Shown piece by piece: positions 23,697 to 34,896 of a stretch of 64,000 bases of DNA; the stretch's first letter is position 1; every line of letters starts with the position of its first letter. The translations under genes and the position numbers were made by a program. The stretch comes from an uncultured Methanosarcinaceae archaeon. Lineage in GTDB: Archaea > Halobacteriota > Methanosarcinia > Methanosarcinales > Methanosarcinaceae. The notes beneath the pieces were generated by a model. The model did not search any database. It was not told where the DNA came from and worked only from the letters and a program-made list of their open reading frames with translations. The stretch covers positions 1,098,446 through 1,162,445 of the forward strand of contig CAVTET010000001.1 in assembly GCA_963733675.1 (NCBI GenBank), in the 5' to 3' direction.

Positions 23697-24019
23697 TTTT
23701 ATCAACTATGCTTTCTCCACGATTAATAATATTTTTACTTGCAATTGGGTACTTCACTATTTTAGGATCTCAAATTGTCAACGGTAATTGTCGGACAGCC
23801 TGTTTAGGATGGGGTGGCCGCCCACAATTTGATTTTTATAGAGAAACTATTTATGATATGGCTGTATAGAATATATAAAATCATGAAGTTGTGCGGAAGT
23901 ATATCTTGCCTCATGAAGTAATAAATAAACAGAAAAACAATCTAAAATGAAAATAAACTGACTTATTTAAAAACAATCATTTATGCGTTTCTTTGTACTA
24001 CTAAGCTTGTGGATGGGGA

Positions 24020-24190
24020 AGTAATAGTGCAAAAAAATAGTAGTGAAAGTTGACGTTGAGAATATTCTGATTGTGGTTCTGGTTAATTAGTTTCAGGTGT
24101 TCCATGAGCTCCAAATGCTCTATGAGTTCAGAAGTTACATGAGTCATAGATCAACAATGTTTTCTTATTTCTAATGGAACTTAAAAATTT
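24020..24190. repeat. Dispersed IS/MITE-like repeat; inverted copy ~26630..26750, end motif also at ~56221
   Basis: CATGAGTCA(T/A)AGATCAACA(A/G)TGTTTTCTTATT shared; GTAATAGTGCAAAAAA end motif. Confidence 0.55.
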
Positions 24191-24879
24191 CATAGATTTT
24201 ATCACAAAAACTGTGCATAAACTAGAGGGAAAATTTCAAAGAAATCCAATAAATAATTAAAATTTTTCAATTGAGAATTAAAATTATAGATCTGTTTAAG
24301 AAAAAGATTGTACTTTTTGAAACTTTTTATTATTTTCTGGGTTTTTGATTGATTGCAGTCAATTGCGAGTGGAATTAATGGCAAATTTTGGTGATCCCAG
24401 AAAATATTGAAAATTTCATCGATAGCAAAGGCTATATGGTACTTTTAAATTGATTGAGCATTTGCATTCTTGCCGTCCAAAATATTAAAGATTAAGTATC
24501 CAACTAATTAAACATTTTTACATCTGTAGATACAACTCGTGTAAGCATACGTTCACATCGCCATCATTGAAACTGAAAGAAACTTTTAAAAGGAGACGGA
24601 GAATGTACTTGTCCGTATATGTTTTGAAGAGAGTGTCATAAGAGAAGCAGTTAAGCGAGATGATACGATGACTAAAAAAGGTAGTTTTTTAATCCCACCG
24701 CCCACATTGCGCGAACTGACAAGAAGCAAGCAAGAAGAAGACATGGTGACCGCTGAACAAGAATATAAGCATGCTGAGAACGGAAGTAAATCATCCAAGC
24801 CTGCTAACAAAAAACAAAAGGAAGACAGAATTTTCTCTTTTGAATAAGTTGTGATTTTCAGTAGAAAATAGAGAAAATA

Positions 24880-25140
24880 TCTCAGGATTGTACAAGCACT
24901 TTGCCTAAAAATATGAATGATTCGACTGAAATAAATTGCAACATCTGCAAGAATGAATTAATTCAAAGATGTCAAGTTAATAAAGTTAAGAGTCTTCATT
25001 GCTTTGTAATGAGCTGAGGACTTATATATACAGTCGGCGAATGTCTAAGTGATCAAAGAAGACTTCGAGAATTTTGAAAGGTTTAAAAGATAGTTTACTC
25101 AGGTCGCATCAAGTGTTGAAGGTTCCGGTTGGGCAGCGTT
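24880..25140 (+). pseudogene. sod: Fe/Mn superoxide dismutase remnant
   Basis: 25052-25138 = IKEDFENFERFKR*FTQVASSVEGSGWAA (GSGW motif); upstream part degenerate. Confidence 0.7.
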
Positions 25141-25148
25141 TTCCTTTA

Positions 25149-25334
25149 TCAGCCTGCCTTCTGATAAATATATCTTACTAGTTCACCTGTGGAGAAGTTG
25201 ACGTCCATTATATTATTGTCAGGAGTATCTTCTATATATTTGACTAGAGCTCTCAAACTACCCTGATGGGCGCAGACTATCACATTTATTCCATCTTTTA
25301 CTGCAGGCATAACTGTTTGCACAAAGTAGAACAC
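25149..25334 (-). pseudogene. Cofactor-dependent phosphoglycerate mutase C-terminal fragment
   Basis: NVIVCAHQGSLRALVKYIE...STGE; N-terminal RHG part absent. Confidence 0.7.
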
Positions 25335-25740
25335 AAAAGGTGTTGTGAAATGCTGATCAAATGCAGTTTCAGAGAATAAGAATGAGAATCTTGAGATAAT
25401 CGGCGATGGAGCAGATGTAATTAGAAAACAAATTCTAGCAAAGTTTACTTTGCTTAAATAATGAACTGAGTTCTCAACTTGTTAAGATTTTCCATCAAAA
25501 CTTAACCAATTTTTATTAAAATACCCCTTACCTTCTGATTTTATGATGTAGTATAATAACTGGGGTTACCAAAATCATCACCATCAACTTTTTAAATCCC
25601 GCTGCTTAATTGTTCACATGTGATTTTTAATACCGATATTTGAATCTTTATAGCAATATTTTCTTAAAATATTGTCATCTTTGAATTTCTATTGACTCAA
25701 TTCGCAAATTATATAATAGATTAAATATATAACTTATAAA

Positions 25741-26352
25741 GTGGAATATTCCGAACTATTACAACTTCAACTACAAACTATTTTAGCAGAGTATGCTGCA
25801 TTAAAGTCCGAAATTAAGTATCGAACTAGATTTCAAAATCATCTTGTTAAGATGCATTTTATTCTTCTAGGTGCTATTGTCGTAGCTGGTTTATTCAATA
25901 TTCTAACCCTAAAAAAGAGTTTGTTGCTTATTCCGATAGAATCTTCCTTATTTGGGTTATGGTATTTTGACTGTGGTCTTAGAATTTTGGAAATTGGAAC
26001 GTATATCAGAAAATGCATTGAAACGCATGTTCAGAAAATACTGAGAAAAAATGAAACAAGACCAAAAATTCTGATATGGGAATCTGAGTTTAGAAAAGAG
26101 TGTAACAATGATCCTTTTGCGATAAAAATTTGTTCTCTGATATTGATTTTGTTGACCTTTGGTGGGCCGACTTTATTATGTATCGCATATGGATATTTCT
26201 ATTTTTATCCGCCGATTAATAATTATTCATTTATTAGTATATTAAGTGTTATAATCAATTTAGTTTTAGCTTGTATATTCTTTTTCTTCACAATTTGGTT
26301 TATATACAAGACTACAAAATCTATTTTGGAAATTAAAAATGAGTCAAAATAA
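25741..26352 (+). CDS. Hypothetical membrane protein (~4 TM)
   Basis: 203-aa ORF; EYAALKSEI helix, IGTYIR, WES. Confidence 0.65.
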   Translation: MEYSELLQLQLQTILAEYAALKSEIKYRTRFQNHLVKMHFILLGAIVVAGLFNILTLKKSLLLIPIESSLFGLWYFDCGLRILEIGTYIRKCIETHVQKILRKNETRPKILIWESEFRKECNNDPFAIKICSLILILLTFGGPTLLCIAYGYFYFYPPINNYSFISILSVIINLVLACIFFFFTIWFIYKTTKSILEIKNESK

Positions 26353-26447
26353 AGAATTTTCCATTACTAGTGTAAGCAAAATAAGGAAACTACTCATCTC
26401 ATAAATCACCTAACTTAGTTATTCTACATATTATGAGTTAATAAAGA

Positions 26448-26531
26448 GGTTCCGTTGCAAAAAATCCTTTCTAATGATACAATAGAATAAAAAGAAAACC
26501 AAAGATAGTAATATGCTATCGAATTCCTTTC
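26448..26531 (+). mobile_element. IS6 left-end fragment
   Basis: TIR + leader + ATGCTATCGAATTCCTTT, near-identical to copy A left end. Confidence 0.85.
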
Positions 26532-27202
26532 TTTTTCTTTAACTGCAAAAAAGCATGACTCTGAGCCAATGGTTATGCCGACTAAGTTATGGGTCTATTG
26601 TTTCATCGATGCACAGTTTTAGTGTCTAAATTTCTGGATTTCCTAAATGCCATCAGTAATAAGAAAACACTGTTGATCTTTGACTCATGGAGCTTATGGA
26701 ACTCCTAGAACATCTGGAGCTCCTGGAACACTTGAAATTTATTGGCCAAAACAATCATCGTAAATAGAAAAATAAGGAAATGATAATTATGTATTTCTGG
26801 CAGTGTACCCAAAGTTCTGTGAAGTGTAGTTGATTTTGTATCTTTTTCTGCCCAATGAAAAATAGGGGTTGCTCAGTTTGTTAGCAGAATGAGTTAAACA
26901 GTTAGGGAAAAATAAGCTTAAATGCATCGGATTGATTCTCTCACTAACTACACAATCAATTAAAAATAATTACCAATATATTTTTGTTTTTGACTACAAA
27001 AAATCTTATGCAGGATTATTTTTTTGTTTAGAAACTAGTTTTCGTATAATTAATTTAAAATAATTTAGGGGTTATTATACATTGTAGTTTTAAGTGGTCA
27101 GTGGCTTGAATATATAATCTTACAAGTGAACAGCTACTTGAATATATGATCTTACATACAATATTTAATGATTGAAATTTTTCTAAACATAGGGGAAAAA
27201 GC

Positions 27203-27706
27203 ATGAATAATAAAGAAGAACAGACAATGATTGAGACATGTCCAAGTTGCGGGAAGCCGCTCAAGATAGAACAAACAGGCGGAGAAGAAGATTTTCTTCA
27301 CTGCGCAGAGATCTTTGCTAATCCGGCAACGATACCAACTGGAACAAGGGTGATTGCGGACCAGGCTAAATTACTTTTCGTAGACGGCAATATGCACGAG
27401 TATACTCGAGAAGATTACATCAAAAATAACGACATTGATCCTCTCCCCATCTGGAGAGTAATCGAGAAATGGCGTGAAGAGCAGACAATCAAGAAAGAAA
27501 AATCTACTGTTAAAGGATTGAAACATGATTACAAATATACAAGGGATCACAAAATGCCTTCAATCGAAACCAGATATGGCGAAATGGATTTTTACATAGA
27601 TCCAGAAGGAAAGATACATATCCATTTTACAGAAAACGAAATTCGTGAGCAGGAGCAACTAAAAAAAGAATCTAAAAATTTTCCCACAAGGTATGAGTAT
27701 TGGTAA
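27203..27706 (+). CDS. Hypothetical CxxC protein (paralog of 34473..34775, with C-terminal extension)
   Basis: RBS AGGGGA; CPSCGKP; first ~95 aa near-identical to paralog. Confidence 0.7.
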   Translation: MNNKEEQTMIETCPSCGKPLKIEQTGGEEDFLHCAEIFANPATIPTGTRVIADQAKLLFVDGNMHEYTREDYIKNNDIDPLPIWRVIEKWREEQTIKKEKSTVKGLKHDYKYTRDHKMPSIETRYGEMDFYIDPEGKIHIHFTENEIREQEQLKKESKNFPTRYEYW

Positions 27707-27769
27707 TCCACATATTCTTTAGGCAAGATTCAGTAAAAGATGACTATTCAACCTGTTGAGTGATTATAA

Positions 27770-27892
27770 CAGGAAACTGATCTTGAAGAATCTAACCTTA
27801 AAGGAGTTCAACTTGAAAAGGCTCACGTCGAAGGAACTGATTTGTAGGGGCGCACTTTGAAAAAGCCCATCTTGAAGGGACTAACCTTGAAG
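27770..27892 (+). pseudogene. Pentapeptide-repeat gene remnant cut by IS6
   Basis: ETDLEESNLKGVQLEKAHVEGTDL*...AHLEGTNLE. Confidence 0.6.
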
Positions 27893-28748
27893 GGTTCCGT
27901 TGCAAAAAATTCAAAAAAATATGTAAATCTATAAATAATGAATAAAAATCAAAATATTCAAGGAAAATGTACTAACATTATAAAATAATACCAAACAATT
28001 GATTAATGTATTTGACTTCATTAAAAACAGAGTAATTTAGATTATTGACTTGTCCTTTTTTGACTATATTCATAGCTTCAATTTCTTTTAAAGTCTTGAT
28101 AGCTGTACAAAAAGACTGAAAGCCTAACATTGGACGAATTATTCGTTTTATAGATCTACGATCCTGTTCAACAACATTATTCAAATACTTGATTTGCCGA
28201 AGGTTTACGTTTTTAGGTAATACTTCGTCATTTTTGAGTTCACTTATCGCAGATAGATAAGCTGGATTTTTATCTACAGTTATTACCTTTGGAATTCGAT
28301 TATGATTAGAACTCAAAGCTTTCTTAAAAAAACATTTCGCATCACTTCTATCACGCTTTGCACTCAGCATAAAATCAACTGTGCTTCCAGTTGAATCAAC
28401 TGCTCTGTAAAGATATTTCCATTCACCCTTTACCTTGATGTAGGTTTCGTCCATTCTCCAAGAGTCAGTGGTTGGTTTTAAGTATCTACGTACCTTCTTT
28501 TCGATCTCAGGAGAATATTGATGCACCCATCTCATTAGAGTAGTATGATCAACTTGTACTCCTCTTTCTATCATCATTTCCTTTAAATTGCGATAGCTAA
28601 TGGGATATTTTAGTTACCACCTTACGTTTAATAGGACAATTTCTCCTTCGTAATGTTTCCACTTAAAGGAATTAGATAGCATATTATCGTTCTATTGATT
28701 TTCCCTTTATTCAATTGAATCCTTATTATGAATTTTTGCAACGGAACC
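27893..28748 (-). mobile_element. IS6 copy D (divergent allele), inactive
   Basis: Both TIRs; ORF 27978..28577 lacks N-terminus because of a stop (W*LKY) and frameshift. Confidence 0.92.
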
Positions 28749-28946
28749 GTTTTAACCCTGTCAGTAGTAGAAATAGCCATAACCATAGTAAGGATAACAA
28801 TAACTGATATAAAGGCTAGCCCCAGCCGTAGCCGCCCCAATCACCATAGCCTCCATAGCCGCTCCAACCGCCATAGCCGTCACGACAGCCGAAGCCCCAC
28901 CATGATGTGCACTAGCTGCTACTGCTGTTAACGATACAACAAAAAG
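28749..28946 (-). pseudogene. Small secreted Gly/Tyr/Trp-rich protein fragment between IS6 D and E
   Basis: FVVSLTAVAASAHH signal-like end, GYGGWSGYGGYGDWGGYGWG, YPYYGYGYFYY*. Confidence 0.55.
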
Positions 28947-29801
28947 GGTTCAGTTGCAAAAACTTCAAAAAAATATGTAAATCTATAAGTGATTAATAAA
29001 AATCAAAACATTCAAGGAAAATGTACTAACATTATAAAACTATACCAAATAATTGATTAATGTATTTGACTTCATTAAGAACAGAGTAATTTAGATCGAT
29101 TACTTGTCCTTTTTTGATCATATTTATAGCTTCAATTCCTTTTAAAGTCTTATTAGCAGATCGAAAAGACTGAAATCCTAACATTGGATTAACGATTCTC
29201 TTTATAGATCTGTGATCTTGTTCTATAATGTTATTCAAATACTTGATTTGTCGAATGCCTACGTTTTTAGGTAGTATTTTATCAATTTTTAGTTTATCTA
29301 TAGCAGGTGGATAAGCTGGATTCTTATCAACGGTTATTAATCTTGGAATTTGATTATGATTAGAACTTAAAGCTTTCTTAAAGAATCTCTTCGCTGCCTT
29401 TCTATCTCGTTTTGAACTTAACATGAAATCAATTGTATCTCCATTTGAGTCAACTGCTCGGTAAAAATATTTCCATTTACCTTTTACTTTGATATAGGTT
29501 TCATCAACTCTCCACGAATCATTTGTTGGTCTTAAATGTCTTCTTATCTTCTTTTCTATTTCAGGGGAATATTGATGTACCCATCTCATGATTGTTGTAT
29601 GGTCGACTTTTACTCCCCTTTCTGCCATCATTTCCTTTAAATTTCTATAACTTAATGCATATTTTAAGTACCATCTTACATTCAATAAGATAATTTCCCC
29701 TTCATAATGCTTCCATTTAAAGGAATTAGATAGCATGTTACTATCTTTGGTTTTCTTTTTATTCTATTGTATCATTAGAAAGGATTTTTTGCAACGGAAC
29801 C
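28947..29801 (-). mobile_element. IS6 copy E (855 bp), intact transposase
   Basis: TIRs (one mismatch, GGTTCAG); full ORF. Confidence 0.95.
29032..29736 (-). CDS. IS6-family DDE transposase
   Basis: 234 aa; VDETY, TVDK, IEQDHR. Confidence 0.95.
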   Translation of the reverse strand: MLSNSFKWKHYEGEIILLNVRWYLKYALSYRNLKEMMAERGVKVDHTTIMRWVHQYSPEIEKKIRRHLRPTNDSWRVDETYIKVKGKWKYFYRAVDSNGDTIDFMLSSKRDRKAAKRFFKKALSSNHNQIPRLITVDKNPAYPPAIDKLKIDKILPKNVGIRQIKYLNNIIEQDHRSIKRIVNPMLGFQSFRSANKTLKGIEAINMIKKGQVIDLNYSVLNEVKYINQLFGIVL

Positions 29802-30694
29802 TTCAGGATGGCTACACGTACACTGATTTATTCTAATTCAAATAAAGCTCTAGCCTTCTATTCCAGATATCGAGTCCCCTTTTCGTTGCATACCAGTAAA
29901 AAAGTCATCACAGTCTTAAGTTTCACTGGGCAGCCAGCAGGTTAATCGACCATAGTAGCAATACCACAAATACCTGTCTATACTTTATATCCTTGATCAG
30001 GAAGAATCACACTGTCAGGCTACATATGCCGTCGATAGTTGTGGGTTGACTGCAATTTGCTGCGGGTTTGGTGGTACACATAGAGTTTTAACAAGAGCAT
30101 AATTATTTGCGGCGTCAATTACATCTATAGCGCCACCTGTACTCTCAGGGGTGTATGTGTACACCACATATACTTTTGTTCCATCGACTGCAATTCCAAA
30201 AGGAACACTGAAGCTTGAACTTATTAAAGGCAAGGGTGTAACAGCATAATTATTTGTGGTGTAAATTTCATAGGCATTATAGTAACCGTGCTTAAACTCG
30301 TTGGTGGCGCCAACAGTCTCTTGGCTAGTTACATATATTTTTTTCCATCTTGACTGACTGCAATTCCGTAAGGAGCTTTTATAGGCACACATGTATAAGT
30401 ATTGCTAACTGTATCAAATATAGTGACACTGTTGTTGTTCCGGATAGTCACACATACCTTTGTTCCATCTGGGGTGACTGCAACTCCGTAAGGATGGTTC
30501 AATCCCGTAACTTTATTGATGATAGTATCGTTTGCTGTGTCAATTATAGAGACATTACCATCATGAGAACTGAGACCACTGTTTGTGATAAATGCGAATG
30601 GTGCTGCGCCTATTATGTTTACCAGCATTAAATTCATAGCTATTGAAAGGAAGGCTATCAAATGCAATTTTTGTTTATATATCACGTATTCCAA
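29802..30694 (-). pseudogene. YVTN/YncE beta-propeller surface protein, frameshifted and 3'-truncated
   Basis: AAPFAFITN...VSIIDTAN...PYGVAVTPDGTKV repeats over ORFs 30329..30694 and 30015..30392. Confidence 0.8.
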
Positions 30695-31170
30695 TTACTT
30701 TCCCGTATCATTAATTGGTAAAATTCGAAGATTATTCTGTAAGATGCTAAATATTCATCTACCTGTTTCTGAGTGTTGTAACATATTTAACTTTTATCAT
30801 AAATTAATATAGTTATCCACTTATAATCACAAAATTTGTTAGCTTCTTACTTATCTATTCATTTCTGAACAAAATCCGATATTATAGTTGCAATATTAGT
30901 ACGAAATCGGCTAATGCAGGTTGATGATACTGTTTTCCATTTAATGATAATGGGAAGTATACTAATTACCAAAAAATCGATCAGAGAGTTGCTAAATGAA
31001 TTTGGTTTTCAAAAAAGTAGTATGTAGAGCCAATAATTTTATTGATAAAGTTCTTGTATCTATTTTTCTCACGGATGTCTTGTTTTTAAAGTAAAGCAGA
31101 TGTATATTCTTAACATCAACGGCCAATCATTATTACTGCACTATTAACCCTACACTCACAAACATAAAAG

Positions 31171-31319
31171 GGTTCTGTTGCAAAAATAATTTTACTGTCC
31201 TTTTAGACTATAATTATTGTTTTTTGTATCATTATTGACCTGTTTATAGCATATAAATATCTCATTTGTGATGTTTTTAATTGGTTTTGTAAAATAGCCA
31301 GATTTTTTGCAACAGAATC
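31171..31319. mobile_element. IS6-type MITE (149 bp)
   Basis: GGTTCTGTTGCAAAAA ... GCCAGATTTTTTGCAACAGAATC; non-coding. Confidence 0.8.
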
Positions 31320-32002
31320 GTTTTTATTATGTCAGCAGATTTTCACAAACTTAACATTAAATTGTATACCCTATAAAAGATTTTAAAATTGAACAATAAT
31401 TTAAAATTAATCATAGTTTATTTCTACATAAAATATTTTTAACAATAATACTAATTAAATATTAATTATATTCTATAATTATTTCAGAATAATATCCACA
31501 AATTATCATTAAATACTGTAATTTAAAGATGGTAACCATGGTTGTAAATATTGTTAGTTTTCCGATTATATGCTTAATTTTAGTATTATTTAGTTGATAC
31601 TGCAGCTAAAGTTTCATAAAATATGATTGTTTCTTCATACTTTTTTTCACTGCAAAAAGTAGGATACAGAGCCAATATTTTACAATAATTAAAAAATGTA
31701 ATGAATATAAGATTGCAGTTGTTTTTTAAGTTGTTTCATGCTGAAATAAATTTTATTCAGAAGCTATTAATAAAACAATGTTAATATCAAATAGTTGTTC
31801 AATGTTAAAATATTTTATGGGAAAAGAAGTTTTATTCGGAAACTATTTTTTTTATAATTAATTTAAAATAACTAACAAACTAATGATATAACTCGAATCA
31901 CAATCTTGGCTTTATTCTGTTAACGTATTTTACGCAAAACTTTGAATATCAAGTATAGTGATTTTTAAAAAACATGTGATAAAGTAAAGGGGACTCTAAT
32001 AT

Positions 32003-32185
32003 ATGACCAATATTAAAGTAAACGTTAGGTGGATTGATGGGTATTATGAGTCATTCGAATGTACAGAAGTTAGATATGGTTTAGATCTACTATGGATGAT
32101 GTTGGTAGACAATAAAAACCGACACATTCCACTTCGAAATGTACGTTGGTTTTCAGTTACACCGGTAAGCCGTGAGACAACATGA
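32003..32185 (+). CDS. Small hypothetical protein (60 aa)
   Basis: RBS AAGGGGA; protein-like composition in an AT-rich background. Confidence 0.55.
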   Translation: MTNIKVNVRWIDGYYESFECTEVRYGLDLLWMMLVDNKNRHIPLRNVRWFSVTPVSRETT

Positions 32186-32339
32186 AGGTCTATTAATTTT
32201 TCGTTTGCTATATTAAATTCTCTAGTTGAGAAGGTAAACTTTATCGATTTATTAGATATGCCATTATTAGGTTCACTGAAATATTCTATTCTCTAAAAAA
32301 ATTAAAATGTTAGATTCTATCGACTTCATAAATAACAAC

Positions 32340-32500
32340 AAACAATCAATAATATTTATTTTTTAACTACAAAAAATAATTCTGTAAATTATTTTTTTTG
32401 TTTAGGAACTATTTTTCGTATAATTAATTTAAAACATTTGGCTGAGTTATTATACATTGTGATTTTAAGTGGTCAGTGACTTAAAAATATGATCTTACGC
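32340..32500 (+). repeat. Duplicate of the upstream region of 27203 (26950..27125)
   Basis: Colinear match incl. GTTATTATACATTGT..TTTTAAGTGGTCAGTG.CTT. Confidence 0.8.
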
Positions 32501-32860
32501 TTGATGCGCCTTAGGTTAACTATAATTTTAGGTTCATGGGGCTTTTTAGATAAGCTTTCCAGTGGTTGAATTGGATCTGTTATTTTGATCACCTGTTTAA
32601 AATTTCCGTTTTTCTAGTTATGTATCTTTTTAATACAAATTATCTTTATTGATGTCAGTATTTTAAGATGTCAAGAGCGTATTTTATATAAAATAATTCG
32701 CGCTGTAAAAATAAGCATATTAAAAAAAGATGGGCTGGAGCCTTAGAAAAGTCGTTCTATTGCCGAGCCTTAAATAATAAACCAACTTCTCCCAAGAATA
32801 TCTGTTCGTTAATCTCTAGATGAGATATCTGGGAAAAATTGTGTCACTGCTGATCTATAC

Positions 32861-33344
32861 CTAATATACTAATAGCTCTCGAAAGTTATTAAATCTGTAT
32901 CTTTTTTGCTGACTCTTCCAATCCATTTTCGGGAGTGTTATAGTCAGGACACCATTTTCAATTTTTGCGGTGTTCACCTCCTCTTTAACACGGGTAGGTA
33001 GGCGAACAGCTCGGTAAAAGTGAGTATATTCTCTTTCCTTACGAATATATCCTTCCTCTTCTGTCTCTTTTTCCTTTCCAGTCTTTGCACTTATTTCAAG
33101 CATGTCTCCCTTAAGGTTTAGCTCTATCCTCTTCATTGATTCCAGGCAGGTAGGTAGTGACCAAATGTTTGTTTCCTTCGTCCTTGATATCAATGGCAAG
33201 AGTAAATACATTTCCTCCTTCCCATTTTTTCGTAGGCATGAAGTCTTCAGACAGCAGGTTCAGACGTTCCTGGGTTTTCTTAATCTCTTCAAATGGATCC
33301 CAGAGCGTAGGCTCTCGAAATATTCTTATAGCAGGCCAATTCAT
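32861..33344 (-). pseudogene. Hsp20/alpha-crystallin, frameshifted
   Basis: WDPFEEI...DIKDEG...LPGINEED (33111..33344) continuing as LEISA...ERE...FYRAVRLP...AKIENGVLTITLPK (32861..33211). Confidence 0.85.
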
Positions 33345-33488
33345 CTAAAATTCCCCATAAAACACAGTACTTGTGTCATTTTGGATATCTTAAAGAAGTG
33401 TATATAGCATTTTCTTAACAATTTCACGTAAATGGGGATTAGATCATTTTTTAGAGTTTTTCTATGACCTAAGGATATGACTATACAT

Positions 33489-33531
33489 TTAAAATTTTTA
33501 ATCTAGCATTAAAATTTTTAATCTAGCATTA
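33489..33531. repeat. Perfect 20-bp tandem duplication TTAAAATTTTTAATCTAGCA x2
   Basis: Read directly. Confidence 0.9.
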
Positions 33532-33860
33532 GGGTACTAATAACGAATTTTATCAATTTTTTAAAAGCAGATATTTGATTTAAGATGAACAAGATTAATT
33601 CCGAATGCTTTTTTAAGAAAAAGTCAGTGTTAAAATTTATAAAGATCTCCTAGTAAAATTAAAAACATAATTAATATAAAGTTATTGTTTTAGATTGAAA
33701 TATTTTATGGGAACATAATTTTTATTCAGAAATTATTTTTTGTATAATTAATTTAAAATAAACAAAAGAGTAATTGTAATCAAAGATATAACCTAACTGA
33801 AATAAGCAATGTAACATTAATTGATTTCTTAATAATGTATAACTATTTTGGGGTAATAAA

Positions 33861-34160
33861 ATGGCGGAAACCTTGAGACTATCACCAGTAATCTGTGCAT
33901 ATCCTGACGACAATTACGAAAATTATCTAATTGAGGTAGTTCTTCCAGGGGTCGAAAAGAAAGATATTTCTTTTAAGCTTACTGAAGACAGTTTTTATAT
34001 AGCTGCTAGTAAAGAAGGAGTTCAGTATCTAGATAGTTATTCGATATGCTGTCCTGTAAACCCAAAAAAAGCAGTTGCTAAATACTCAAATGGTGTGCTT
34101 AAAGTCACAGTACCTTATCAAGAGCCTTTTGAAAAATTGATAGATGTGAAAATCGAATAA
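33861..34160 (+). CDS. Hsp20/alpha-crystallin family small protein
   Basis: LPGVEKKDI...AKYSNGVLKVTVP. Confidence 0.85.
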   Translation: MAETLRLSPVICAYPDDNYENYLIEVVLPGVEKKDISFKLTEDSFYIAASKEGVQYLDSYSICCPVNPKKAVAKYSNGVLKVTVPYQEPFEKLIDVKIE

Positions 34161-34199
34161 TATGATAATTGAAGAAAACATTCTTTACAAAAGAAATAC

Positions 34200-34351
34200 G
34201 ATCCCGTTGCAAAAATATTATTTCTGCAATTTGACACTATAAGTTTCACCTTTATGTGTCATTTTCTTTCTAATGAAAATGATTACCTTTCCTTAATTGT
34301 TAAGGTTTTTTTCTGATTTTGCAAGAAAGCCAGATTTTTTGCAACGGAACA
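34200..34351. mobile_element. IS6-type MITE (~150 bp)
   Basis: GATCCCGTTGCAAAAA ... GCCAGATTTTTTGCAACGGAAC; similar to the other MITEs. Confidence 0.8.
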
Positions 34352-34472
34352 ACGAAATGGGCTGAAGACTAAGCATTCGAAAAATTAAACGAGTTCAAAG
34401 CAACAACAATGCCCACACCTCTTTCTCACGATTTTAATGGATTGAAATTTTTATAAACATAGGAGGAAAAGC

Positions 34473-34775
34473 GTGAATAATAGAGAAGAACAGACAATGA
34501 TTGGGATATGTCCAAGTTGCGAAAAGCCGCTCGAGATAGAACAAAGGGGTGGAGAAGAAGATTTTCTTCACTGTACAGAAATCTGTGCTAATCCGGCAAT
34601 GATACCTACAGGAACGAGGGTAATGGCAGACCAAGCTAAATTACTCTTCGTAGACGGCAATATGCACGAGTATACTCGAGAAGATTACATCAAAAACAAC
34701 GGCATTGATCCTCTACCCATCTGGAAAGCGATCGAGAAATGGCGCGAGGAGCAAATAAAAAAATGGGAAAAGTGA
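34473..34775 (+). CDS. Hypothetical CxxC protein (paralog of 27203..27706)
   Basis: RBS AGGAGG, GTG start; CPSCEKP. Confidence 0.7.
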   Translation: MNNREEQTMIGICPSCEKPLEIEQRGGEEDFLHCTEICANPAMIPTGTRVMADQAKLLFVDGNMHEYTREDYIKNNGIDPLPIWKAIEKWREEQIKKWEK

Positions 34776-34896
34776 ATTTTGAAGTTTACATATTCGGCCT
34801 ATTTTCCTCTTCTTTTAATTTTTCAAACGCCTTATAAGGCCTAAAATCGCAATTTCACTGACAAAACTGGAATAATTATTGAATGTAAGGTGGAGT

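Noticed and set aside
24668-24847. 59-codon + strand ORF MTKKGSFLIPPPTL...
   Set aside because: No recognisable family or clear RBS; cannot be supported as a gene.
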